Source of the DNA: a virus
Lineage: Duplodnaviria > Caudoviricetes
Length of the DNA stretch: 41,827 nt
Virus record (IMG/VR): IMGVR_UViG_3300022173_000060
Coordinates: 1 to 41,827 of that record
Reading direction: 5' to 3' (one strand)
Shown in pieces: positions 16,752 through 24,733 of the stretch. The position numbers were made by a program, and so were the translations under genes. The stretch's first letter is position 1; each line of letters starts with the position of its first letter. The notes beneath the pieces are model-generated. The model was given only the letters and a program-made list of their open reading frames with translations, did not search any database and was not told the origin of the DNA.

Positions 16752-17108
16752 CTAGGCAACCCGCCTTATCGCTGACTTTGCCTTGCTCAGCATTGCGGCT
16801 ACCTCGGCCCGGCGCTCGGGCGTCGATTCTTCTGGCGTTTGGCTTGCCAAGTATTCCAGGGTCTTTTCAGCGGCGCTGCTGGCCCTGTAACTGATCTCTG
16901 CCGGCTTCGGTTCATAGAAGTCCAGCCAGTGCCCGTTTGTCGCTGCGTCGATCCAGGCGTTCGGGTCGTGGCCGGCGTCTTTGACCTTTTGCAGCAGGGC
17001 CAGCTTCTGGCGGACTATGCGAGGGGTCATTGGCTTTTTGATGCGACGGCGCATGGCTTCGTAGTCGGACCAGGCCTCGGGGTCTATGTAGACTGGGAGT
17101 GGTGTCAT
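16752..17108 (-). CDS. replication-initiator C-terminal-domain-like protein
   Basis: LPVYIDPEAWSDYEAMRRRIKKPMT...G.DP...ID....NGHW.D.Y resembles the C-terminal domain of phage O-like replication proteins. Confidence 0.6.
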   Translation of the reverse strand: MTPLPVYIDPEAWSDYEAMRRRIKKPMTPRIVRQKLALLQKVKDAGHDPNAWIDAATNGHWLDFYEPKPAEISYRASSAAEKTLEYLASQTPEESTPERRAEVAAMLSKAKSAIRRVA

Positions 17109-17335
17109 TCGTCACCGCCCGACATGGCGCAGTCAATCATCCTGCGAAAGCCGTCAACCTCATCCCGCTCTGTTGGTTCCTCTCGACCATGCTCGCTCGC
17201 CACTTCGGCAGCGTACTGGTAACGGTCAGCCTTTACGCCAACAAGTCCGTCTATCTCTTTCATCAGGAAAAGAAGCCTTGCCGTGTCGCTTGTCTGGAGG
17301 GCTTCTTTCTCTATGTCAATCATTGAATTCTCCAT
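17105..17335 (-). CDS. hypothetical protein
   Basis: ATGA-coupled to the downstream ORF. Confidence 0.5.
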   Translation of the reverse strand: MENSMIDIEKEALQTSDTARLLFLMKEIDGLVGVKADRYQYAAEVASEHGREEPTERDEVDGFRRMIDCAMSGGDE

Positions 17336-17363
17336 AGTTTCTGCAAGGGTGATACCGAGGGAT

Positions 17364-17900
17364 TCACGCCTCAGTTGACTTTTCTCGCCAGTCCGTCATA
17401 TCCCAATTGCCCTTGCCGTGGTTGCATTCATGGCAAAGCACTTGCAGGTTGTTTATGTCAAGAGCGAGCGCAGGGAACAACTTGCGCGGCTTCACATGAT
17501 CTACGTTCATAACGGACCCCGTCTTTGGGCTTGATCCGCAACACTGACACGTAGCGCCATGCCTAAGAAGCGCCTGCATCCGCACCTTGCGCCATTGGAA
17601 TGATGATAGGAATTCATCGGCCGTAACGTCTCCAGCGTAGAAGGTTGTTTTTGACTCTACTTTTTGCCTTGCCTTGTAGGATGCCTTTTTCTGCCCTTCG
17701 GAAATCGTTTGATGCCCAGGCGCTTCCAAGATTTTTTGCCTGACAAAGACTTTTGCTTCCAGCTTTGTCGTGGCACCCTCGTATCCAAGCGCGTTAGCAA
17801 GTCTGTGCCATCCGCCGCCGTTTGTTCCGCCAGAAACCTTAAAACCTTTGCGCTTAGCTTCTATCACTAACCTAGGGAGTTCCTTGAGTGCTTTGGACAT
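17364..17900 (-). CDS. HNH endonuclease
   Basis: F..S.QW..VR...CQCCG...NVDHVKPR...L.LD.NNLQVLCHECNHGK. Confidence 0.9.
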   Translation of the reverse strand: MSKALKELPRLVIEAKRKGFKVSGGTNGGGWHRLANALGYEGATTKLEAKVFVRQKILEAPGHQTISEGQKKASYKARQKVESKTTFYAGDVTADEFLSSFQWRKVRMQALLRHGATCQCCGSSPKTGSVMNVDHVKPRKLFPALALDINNLQVLCHECNHGKGNWDMTDWREKSTEA

Positions 17901-18176
17901 GATCTTTCCCTAGATTTCGATGCGATTCTGGGGCGAAACCCCCCCTACCCCCCATAAGAAGGCAAGGAAGGCATCACGTGTTTCCCTGAGTTCCAGACGA
18001 CGACACGAGACGACCTAGGACCGGCATTGCAGCCACCCTTTCGGGCTCTCATCTGCCTCCTAGGTAAACCCCAGCAGCGCCGCGCATGAGTTGCATGGTT
18101 CCCGGTTAGGGAGCGGCAAAATCTCACTACATCGCCCCCGTTCAGCCCATTCAGGCCCGGGGATGTGCTTTGAAGG

Positions 18177-18272
18177 TGGTGGACTGTGACTTATCTGACT
18201 CGCCAACCGCGCGGCTTGATCGTTTGCTAGCAACGAGTTACGCCACCCGCTCTACCTTTGAGCTAACAGTCT
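18177..18272 (-). ncRNA. tRNA-like (degenerate) RNA within a flanking stem
   Basis: Acceptor stem AGACTGT/ACAGTCC-ACCA and D arm TAGCTCAAAGGTAGAGC; expanded anticodon arm and non-canonical T arm; no amino-acid assignment possible. Confidence 0.45.
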
Positions 18273-18344
18273 GCCCGACTAGGCTGCATTCACCACCATC
18301 AAAACACACCCCCTCTGACGCGCGGAGTGCGGTCGCCAGAACGC

Positions 18345-18450
18345 AAAAAACCCTCAAGGTTATTGCACCCCACGGCTGGCCCCGTGCTGCCCGTCTTAGG
18401 GGCTGGATGCATAACCTTGAGGGTTCTGCTACCACCGGGGCCAGCCGGCA
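18345..18450 (-). ncRNA. C4/CI-like antisense RNA / attenuator, left arm
   Basis: ~18-bp stem AACCCTCAAGGTTAT(T)GCA followed by a U6 run; loop 12-mer (18373-18384) is perfectly complementary to the leader (18436-18447). Confidence 0.6.
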
Positions 18451-18458
18451 ACATGCAA

Positions 18459-18488
18459 AGAATAGCCCATGCATTGCACACAAGTCAA
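18459..18488 (-). promoter_or_regulatory. sigma70 promoter
   Basis: TTGACT-N18-TATTCT directly upstream of the RNA element. Confidence 0.6.
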
Positions 18489-18491
18489 GCC

Positions 18492-18683
18492 CTATTTCCA
18501 GCTCAGCGCGTAGGCGTTGCGGCCGATCTGGACAAGAGTGCCGAACGACATCTTGCGGCATTTGTTGCTCTCACAGAGAAGCCAAGTCGATTCGCGCGCG
18601 ATCAGACCGTTACCGAACCTCCACATCGCTCTCTTACCGCAGTGCTGGCACTCCCAGGCGATTGAGACTTTTTCTTGGGTCAT
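18492..18683 (-). CDS. small Zn-ribbon protein
   Basis: CQHCG...CESNKC. Confidence 0.5.
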   Translation of the reverse strand: MTQEKVSIAWECQHCGKRAMWRFGNGLIARESTWLLCESNKCRKMSFGTLVQIGRNAYALSWK

Positions 18684-18684
18684 T

Positions 18685-18921
18685 TCAGCCTTTCCATGGC
18701 GCAGCTAGCGTCCAGATAACTCGGCGCAGGCGCAGCATTTCGGCTCGGCTCATATCGGCCGGTATCACGAGCTGCGCTAGAAAGCGGTCCTCAAGCGGTA
18801 TGGGAATGGCTAGCGCCCGCCTTGGACGCTTCTCTACCGCCTGCGGAGCGGGAATGTGCAAAGCCGCAGCGTCGTTTCCGCCGTCCATGGCTGGTGCAGT
18901 AGATTGCGACTCTTGGTTCAT
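18685..18921 (-). CDS. hypothetical protein
   Basis: ATG overlaps the upstream stop; IPIPL...QLVIPADMS.AE motif. Confidence 0.55.
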   Translation of the reverse strand: MNQESQSTAPAMDGGNDAAALHIPAPQAVEKRPRRALAIPIPLEDRFLAQLVIPADMSRAEMLRLRRVIWTLAAPWKG

Positions 18922-19166
18922 TTGATGGCTCGATAGGCTTTCACGCGCTTGCCGCCCGGGAGCTTTACCCACTTGTCCACGATCAGCGGCGGGCGCGGAA
19001 ACTTGGTGCGATAAAGAGTGCTGGCCTGGTCCCAAAACGCCCGATCAGCCCGGAACTCGCCGCATCTTTGGCTCAGGCTGAAGCACCAGCAATGCTTGAG
19101 CGCATCAAGCGGGGTGACGTACTGGCGCAGCATCAGGTCTAGCAGGCGTTCGCGCATGGTTTTCAT
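18918..19166 (-). CDS. helix-turn-helix protein (HTH_39-like)
   Basis: VTPLDALKHCWCFSLSQRCGEFR...IVDKWV...KRVKAY pattern. Confidence 0.7.
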   Translation of the reverse strand: MKTMRERLLDLMLRQYVTPLDALKHCWCFSLSQRCGEFRADRAFWDQASTLYRTKFPRPPLIVDKWVKLPGGKRVKAYRAIK

Positions 19167-19438
19167 TTGAACCTCCGCATGTTGTTGATTGCCGCAGTCA
19201 ATTCCTGAACACTGGCGCGCGAGTTCTTCGCGATCTTCAGGGCCGCCTTCTGTGCCGTTATCCATTCGCGTGTCTTGTCGATTGAGCCATCACGGATCGC
19301 GGCCGGAACTGCATGGCACAGTGCGCCAAGCTCAAGGCAAAGTTGCGCCTTTTCTTCGGCGACCGATGGGCGGGTGCTGCGAATGTCCTTGAACGGTCGC
19401 GGCGGTGGCAGATCGCCAACCCAGTCGTTTTGCTTCAC
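19163..19438 (-). CDS. hypothetical protein
   Basis: Coupled ORF in the left early operon. Confidence 0.55.
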   Translation of the reverse strand: MKQNDWVGDLPPPRPFKDIRSTRPSVAEEKAQLCLELGALCHAVPAAIRDGSIDKTREWITAQKAALKIAKNSRASVQELTAAINNMRRFK

Positions 19439-19614
19439 TTCCCGTCCCCTACAAGTTGTTCAAGCTCCGCAGCAGCGGCTTTTCTGATGGCTGGCGGCGC
19501 AAAATCCATGCGCAACCTGCTGGCCAACCACAAGATGTAGTTCCTGCGGTACTCGGCCTCTTGGCGAATCGCCTCGTGCTGCTCGGGTGTGCTTGGGGTG
19601 TTGTCTTCAGTCAT
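19435..19614 (-). CDS. hypothetical protein (first gene of left operon, possibly leaderless)
   Basis: ATG lies 6 nt downstream of the -10 box. Confidence 0.5.
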   Translation of the reverse strand: MTEDNTPSTPEQHEAIRQEAEYRRNYILWLASRLRMDFAPPAIRKAAAAELEQLVGDGK

Positions 19615-19620
19615 GCGCAA

Positions 19621-19695
19621 ATCCTAGCCTGCAAAAAGTGCGCGTCAAGTAGGGAAAACCACTAGTGCAATCGTGTGCGGATTGAGTAGAGTTGA
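19621..19695. promoter_or_regulatory. divergent early promoter region with central palindromic site
   Basis: Minus strand TTGACG-N16-TAGGAT; TAGGGAAAACCACTA at 19650-19664; plus-strand -10-like TAGAGT; gene orientation switches here. Confidence 0.65.
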
Positions 19696-19723
19696 TGCAT
19701 CAACAAGCCAACACGGAGTGCAA

Positions 19724-19963
19724 ATGGTCTACTTCACTCTTTCCAACCGCCCGCCTTGCGCGCTCTATCGCAAGCTCACCACGGTCGAGCTTGGGTTTGT
19801 CAATGAGCCCTTCATTGTCGATACGCAAGAGGGCTTCATGACAATCAGCCCCTCGACCGTCGATGACTGGGAAGACGGCTACTACATCGCCTACCCGAGC
19901 GACGGCAGCAAGCCCTATTCAATCGCGCCGAAGTATGTGCGGGACAACTACGAGCTGGCATAA
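19724..19963 (+). CDS. PGDYG/'TLEG'-like small phage protein
   Basis: YRK...IVDTQEGFM...DGYYIA...PY.I......NYE resembles the I.TLEG.M...GDYII..YP...F..TYE family. Confidence 0.6.
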   Translation: MVYFTLSNRPPCALYRKLTTVELGFVNEPFIVDTQEGFMTISPSTVDDWEDGYYIAYPSDGSKPYSIAPKYVRDNYELA

Positions 19964-20209
19964 ATGGACATCCTCACACAAATCATGGCCTCGCCATACG
20001 TGTCCGCCGACTTGCAGCGCCAGTTCGGCAACCCGCGCGCAGCGCGCCAAACGGCCCACATCGAACGCTATCGCGCGATGATCGCCGCACTCCCGCCCAT
20101 GAGCGCAGAGCAGTCGGCCGAAATCAGACAGGACAGGGCCGACGCTTGGGCAGATGAATGCAGGCTGGAACAACTCCGCACTGAGCGAGAAGAAAGGGAT
20201 TCGAAATGA
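19964..20209 (+). CDS. hypothetical protein
   Basis: Abuts the upstream stop. Confidence 0.55.
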   Translation: MDILTQIMASPYVSADLQRQFGNPRAARQTAHIERYRAMIAALPPMSAEQSAEIRQDRADAWADECRLEQLRTEREERDSK

Positions 20210-20448
20210 ACAGCAAGATTGATGACGGTGGCCCGGCCTTCCCGAGTCACGGATCAATGGGCGAAGTCACGCACGAAGGCATGAGCATGCGTGACTACAT
20301 CGCGGCCAAGGTGATCGCATCAACCATAGCCGGCAACGTCGAAGGCTTTGCGGCACTGACACCAGACAGGCTGGACGCGGCGTTGAAAACAGCCGCTATG
20401 TTCGGCTACATGGCGGCAGATGCTGGACTGAAAGCGCGCGCGAAATGA
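20206..20448 (+). CDS. conserved phage protein (GGPAFP...GMSMRDY family)
   Basis: DDGGPAFP and GMSMRDYIAAK motifs. Confidence 0.7.
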   Translation: MNSKIDDGGPAFPSHGSMGEVTHEGMSMRDYIAAKVIASTIAGNVEGFAALTPDRLDAALKTAAMFGYMAADAGLKARAK

Positions 20449-20593
20449 ACGACACCACCCCCGACTTTGACTCGCAGTTGCCCGCCTGGTTCGCCGAGCT
20501 GCTGGAAGCTGCGGCACTGCCTGATACCGACGAATCTGTGCAGGCCAGCGCTATTGCTGAGCATGCATCGCCTAACGCCAATGGGAGCCGAGG

Positions 20594-21253
20594 ATGAGCG
20601 TTTACACGAAGTTGAACGATGCGCGGGAGAAGTTCCACGCGCTCAAGCTGGTCAAGACCGGGCACAACAAGTTCGCCGGGTACAACTACTTTGAGCTGGG
20701 TGACTTTCTCGTGCCGGCGCTGACTGTCTTCCGAGAAGTCGGCTTGTGCGCCATCGTGTCGTTTGACAAGGATGTGGCGACGATGACGATTCACGACATT
20801 GATCTGAAGTCAATGGGCCAAGGCCCGCAGACCATCACAATCACGTCCCCCATGGGCTCGGCTGCGCTCAAAGGCTGCCACGAGGTTCAGAACATCGGTG
20901 CCGTAGAAACGTACCAGCGCCGTTATCTGTGGGTCGCGGCGCTAGAAATTGTTGAGCATGACGCGCTTGACGCAACGACTGGCGCAGACAAGAAAATCAC
21001 AGGCCCGGCCGGCGTCAAAGGCGCGGTTCTGGATGGCCTGCCGCCGCTCGATGAAGGCGAAAAGGAATGGTACCGAGAACTCGCCGACCGGGTTGCAAAG
21101 ACTCTCGCCAACGCAGGCGCAGGGCCGGCGCTCGATCTGGTTGAGCTTGAGCAGCTCGACAACGAGCAGAAAATCCACCTGTCCACCTTCATGGATAGCA
21201 AGGCAAACAACGCACTCAAGGCCGAATCATTGGCACGCAGAAAGGCAACGTAA
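20594..21253 (+). CDS. ERF-family single-strand annealing protein
   Basis: KTGHNKFAGYNYFELGDFL...QNIGAVETYQRRYLWVAALEIVEHD. Confidence 0.85.
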   Translation: MSVYTKLNDAREKFHALKLVKTGHNKFAGYNYFELGDFLVPALTVFREVGLCAIVSFDKDVATMTIHDIDLKSMGQGPQTITITSPMGSAALKGCHEVQNIGAVETYQRRYLWVAALEIVEHDALDATTGADKKITGPAGVKGAVLDGLPPLDEGEKEWYRELADRVAKTLANAGAGPALDLVELEQLDNEQKIHLSTFMDSKANNALKAESLARRKAT

Positions 21254-21507
21254 TGGCATACGACAACGAACTACGCGGGGCGCTGTTCAAGAACGCCGAA
21301 AAGGTTGAAGGCGACAAGAGCGCCGACTACACAGGCAGCGCTCAGATTCAAGGCGTCGATTACTTCATGGATGCGTGGATCGAAGTTGCGCAGACCGGCC
21401 GCAAGTACATGAGCGTGCGCTTCAAGGCCAAGAAAAAGCAGGCTGACGCGCCATCAAAGCCGGAGCCGAAACAAACGCGCGGATCGGCGGATGATCCTCC
21501 GTGGTAA
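21253..21507 (+). CDS. putative single-stranded DNA-binding protein (DUF736-like)
   Basis: GALFKN..K...DYTG......Y...AW......KYMS with acidic DDPPW tail; follows the ERF gene. Confidence 0.7.
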   Translation: MAYDNELRGALFKNAEKVEGDKSADYTGSAQIQGVDYFMDAWIEVAQTGRKYMSVRFKAKKKQADAPSKPEPKQTRGSADDPPW

Positions 21508-21772
21508 GCAAGTCTTTGCAGATCGGATGAACATGAGCAACGAATACAGCGCCATCATTTATGAATGCCACCGAACCGGCACGCGATTTGTCTATTCTGA
21601 TTGGGCCATCGGCGGCATTAGCAAGCCAGAAGATGAGGACAAGCACATTGCTACGCTCACGGACTGTAGCGCCATTCTCGCCGCCCTCAAGGCCGCTCTA
21701 CCCGTCATCACCCAGCACGGCAGTACCGATCTGGTTTTGCAGTGCGGCAAAGCTATTGCGGATGCATCATGA
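21491..21772 (+). CDS. hypothetical protein
   Basis: ILAALKA...AIADA ending typical of phage early genes. Confidence 0.5.
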   Translation: MILRGKQVFADRMNMSNEYSAIIYECHRTGTRFVYSDWAIGGISKPEDEDKHIATLTDCSAILAALKAALPVITQHGSTDLVLQCGKAIADAS

Positions 21773-21984
21773 AAGGCACTGAACTTCAAAAGCAATGGGA
21801 TGCGTGGATCACGTCTCAAGAGGGCGTTTTCGCGTCCGACCCGACATCGCTTCGGCCAATTCCTGAGCATCGGCAATATCTTGAGAACAGATTGCGAAAA
21901 GTATTCTTGCTTGGTGCAGATGCCGGCGCAAAGATGATGAAAGAAGAGATCGCGCGCAAATTTGAGTCGCTGATACTCTCATGA
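21769..21984 (+). CDS. hypothetical protein
   Basis: ATGA-coupled; YLENRL..F..G motif. Confidence 0.55.
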   Translation: MKGTELQKQWDAWITSQEGVFASDPTSLRPIPEHRQYLENRLRKVFLLGADAGAKMMKEEIARKFESLILS

Positions 21985-22430
21985 AGCGAGTTTCATTCCT
22001 GCGCACGCACAAGATCATCGCATCTCAGCGCTCGCCGCTGGTTGCTTTGGTGCGCAGTGTCAACTCAGGCCCGAGCGAGCGTGATCATGTGATTGCGCCG
22101 AAGCACGACTATGTGCGCTCCCGCAAGTTACTGGATGCCTGCGGCCTGATTCCGTGCCAGCGATGCGGGGCGCCTGGTGCGGTTGGTGCGCACTCGAACT
22201 GGGCAATCCACGGTAAGGGGCGCAGCATCAAGGCGGACGACAACCGCATTGCGGCCCTGTGCTCATATTGCCACCATGACGTTGACCAAGGCAACGCGCT
22301 GAATGAACGCGGCAAGAAACTGGTTTGGTGGTCCGCCCACGAGCGCACTGTGCATGCGCTGCAAAAGATCGGCAAGTGGCCTGCTGGCGTACCTGTACCA
22401 GACCTAAGGTTTCCTGCGGAATGGCTATGA
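21981..22430 (+). CDS. DUF968-like zinc-binding HNH-type nuclease
   Basis: RS.KLL....PCQRCG....AHSN...GKG..IKADD...AALC..CH..VDQG. Confidence 0.7.
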   Translation: MKRVSFLRTHKIIASQRSPLVALVRSVNSGPSERDHVIAPKHDYVRSRKLLDACGLIPCQRCGAPGAVGAHSNWAIHGKGRSIKADDNRIAALCSYCHHDVDQGNALNERGKKLVWWSAHERTVHALQKIGKWPAGVPVPDLRFPAEWL

Positions 22431-22939
22431 AACGCACACTCACGTCGCGCGCCATTGAAGAACTCGGCAAGCTGCATACGATAGATGAGGCGGCGTGGGA
22501 GAAAATACCAGCTCGCCTCACCAGCAGCAAACAACAGGCATGGAACCTGCGCAAGCATTTGGTTGTCTCCGGGCTTGTCGTCATTCGCCGGCAAATCACG
22601 GCAAAGGGCCATCAACTACAGGACAAGAGCATGAAACGCTTTGAGAATGATTCGCGGATCATCGCAGCATTTGCCGGTGGAGAAACCGGCTGCGCAATGG
22701 ACCTTGCGCGCGATTTTGGCATTGATCGCGGCACCGTTCAGGCAGCTCTAAAGCGCCTGTGCCGATCTGGCGTGCTTGAGGTTGCCAGGGTTGAGAAGAA
22801 CGGCAACAACCGCAACCGTCATTTTTACAGGATGGCCCAAACCAAGGTCAAGGCGCCGGCCATTCCGTGTTCTGTTCGGCGCTCTACGGTGGAACTTGCG
22901 CTTGAGGCGCGGCCGGCGCTTCAGAGGGTGTTTCCGTGA
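22427..22939 (+). CDS. winged-helix DNA-binding protein
   Basis: AMDLARDFGIDRGTVQAALKRLCRSG HTH followed by a wing. Confidence 0.55.
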   Translation: MKRTLTSRAIEELGKLHTIDEAAWEKIPARLTSSKQQAWNLRKHLVVSGLVVIRRQITAKGHQLQDKSMKRFENDSRIIAAFAGGETGCAMDLARDFGIDRGTVQAALKRLCRSGVLEVARVEKNGNNRNRHFYRMAQTKVKAPAIPCSVRRSTVELALEARPALQRVFP

Positions 22940-23141
22940 CACTCTGCTACCCGTCGCATGTGCACGAATCATGCGCACGATGCATGCGGTACACGGCCGG
23001 TAATGCCCCCGAGCCAGAGGCAAACAGGATCGCCGCGAACGGCAACAGCTACCACAAACCGGCATGGGCTCGGCGTGGCATCGTGATCGACGGAACTGTT
23101 TTGCAATGGGCCGATGGGGAGTGCCCGATGAAAGTGGAAAA

Positions 23142-23396
23142 ATGAGCTTGGTACACATCAACTGGGCGCGCTACAGCAAGACTTGGTGCGCAGTGAATCA
23201 GTGCCCCACCTGTAAGCGCCCGCGCCGGATGCTCGGCCGCTCTCAGGAATGGTACGGGACAACCTGGACTTGCGCCGGCTGCGGTGATAAATGGCAGGAC
23301 GGGGAGCGCCTGGAGCGCCCCTTTTCGCCTGGCTGGCGCCGCAAAAGCATTGAGCGCGCACGCAAGATTCTGGAATCTATCGGGGTGCAGGCATGA
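23142..23396 (+). CDS. Zn-finger hypothetical protein
   Basis: CPTC...WYG..WTCAGCGD.W.DGE. Confidence 0.6.
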   Translation: MSLVHINWARYSKTWCAVNQCPTCKRPRRMLGRSQEWYGTTWTCAGCGDKWQDGERLERPFSPGWRRKSIERARKILESIGVQA

Positions 23397-23557
23397 CAGC
23401 CCCAGGAATGCTCCCCGGCAGCCTGCGCGACGCTCGCCCACTGAAGTCGTGCGACAAGTGCAAGCGCGACGAAGCGCCCATGGCCGGCGTGCAGGTAGGC
23501 CCTAAGTGGCTGTGCCGGCAGTGCTACAAATCAAGGCAGGCGAGGCTGAAGCTGTGA
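23393..23557 (+). CDS. small Zn-finger protein
   Basis: Manual translation, CDKC...WLCRQC; coupled on both sides. Confidence 0.5.
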   Translation: MTAPGMLPGSLRDARPLKSCDKCKRDEAPMAGVQVGPKWLCRQCYKSRQARLKL

Positions 23558-24009
23558 CCATCATCGAAGCATCAAGCGTAGGACTCAAGACGATGGCGGA
23601 CGGGACTCTGCGCCTGACCGTCGATATTGAGCCCCGCAACGCACAAGCCGCGTTCTCTCTGTTCGGCTCGCCTGGAACGCCTATGGCGCTTGCGGCCCTG
23701 AAGACGGCCAAGGCCACCCCCGATCCAGAAAAGGCGCCGGAACAGCCGGAAAAGCCCAAGGGCGGGGAGCTTTCGCGCTGGTCTGCAATGCGCTGCAAGG
23801 AAATGGACTTTGTGAACTTCCTGCGATCCTTTACGGAATTCAGCCACAAGGAAATCGGGCTTCATCCTGAAGACTGGGCAAAGGATGTGATCTACAACGT
23901 GTGCGGCGTCACATCGCGCGCCGAGCTGGACACAAACAAGCCGGCCGGGCAGGTGTTCAAGGACAAGATTCTCCACCCTTACGCTGAATGGTTGAAAACG
24001 CATAAGTGA
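23554..24009 (+). CDS. conserved phage protein
   Basis: KTMADGTLRLTVDIEP...KGGELS..A.RC...F...CGVTSRAELD. Confidence 0.65.
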   Translation: MTIIEASSVGLKTMADGTLRLTVDIEPRNAQAAFSLFGSPGTPMALAALKTAKATPDPEKAPEQPEKPKGGELSRWSAMRCKEMDFVNFLRSFTEFSHKEIGLHPEDWAKDVIYNVCGVTSRAELDTNKPAGQVFKDKILHPYAEWLKTHK

Positions 24010-24020
24010 TCTGCTATGAT
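23992..24020 (+). promoter_or_regulatory. sigma70 promoter (extended -10)
   Basis: TTGAAA-N17-TATGAT with TGn extension. Confidence 0.7.
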
Positions 24021-24027
24021 TTCGTCG

Positions 24028-24195
24028 TCATTGGTGGGAGTCAATGTCGAATGCGGGGCCTTAAGCCTTCGCTTTCCAGGGCCGCTACGGCGGACGTGTG
24101 CTGAAAAGCGCATCGGCTCCCACCCTGGAGAGCAAGGACTTAAGGCCCTTTTTCTTTGTGCGTCCGGTCGCGCAGTGACGGACGAGTCAATGCCC
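24028..24195 (+). ncRNA. C4/CI-like antisense RNA / attenuator, right arm
   Basis: Stem 24056-24081/24123-24148 followed by a T run; CATCGGCTCCCACC (24111-24124) complements leader GGTGGGAGTCAATG (24033-24046); GAGTCAATG recurs at ~24184. Confidence 0.6.
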
Positions 24196-24430
24196 ATGGA
24201 ATCGGGGCGCCGGGAGCTAGACCGGCTGCGTTACCAGCGTTCAGCCGCCCCGAACTAGATGCAGGTATCGGATCAAGCAGTAGCCGTTATATATGCCCAG
24301 GGAATTGGACGGCAGCGAACAGAATGCATCCCTCTTTGTAACTTGGCCTGTAGCGACAGATGAGCAACACAGGTGGAGCAGTGCCCTAACGACTAGGGCA
24401 CCCGGGTTAGGTATGGAATAAGGGAACATC

Positions 24431-24679
24431 ATGAAAGCATGGATCACAAGGTACGCGCTGACTGTAGGCATCGCAGAAGTCGATGGCGAAACTCTCGGCA
24501 CAGGAGCGAAAATGCTCAAGTGGTCGCATCCCGGGTCAGTTGGGAGCGCATATTCACACGGCAACGACTGGCACAAAACACGCGAGGCAGCCATCGCGCG
24601 CGCCGAGGAAATGCGAATTGCCAAGATCGACAGGCTGAAGAAAAGTATCGCCAAGCTGGAGAAGCTGAAGTTCGAGTGA
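24431..24679 (+). CDS. conserved phage hypothetical protein
   Basis: WITRYALT.GI...HG.DWH.T.E.A..RAEEMR..KI..L.K motif; AGGGA RBS. Confidence 0.65.
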   Translation: MKAWITRYALTVGIAEVDGETLGTGAKMLKWSHPGSVGSAYSHGNDWHKTREAAIARAEEMRIAKIDRLKKSIAKLEKLKFE

Positions 24680-24733
24680 CCGAGGGTAAACGCCAATAGC
24701 ACGCAAGCAAGCCATGCGCTAATCTGTTGGTAT

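Noticed and set aside
18177-18272. Functional canonical tRNA
   Set aside because: No TTC T-loop and no canonical 7-nt anticodon loop; reported only as tRNA-like.
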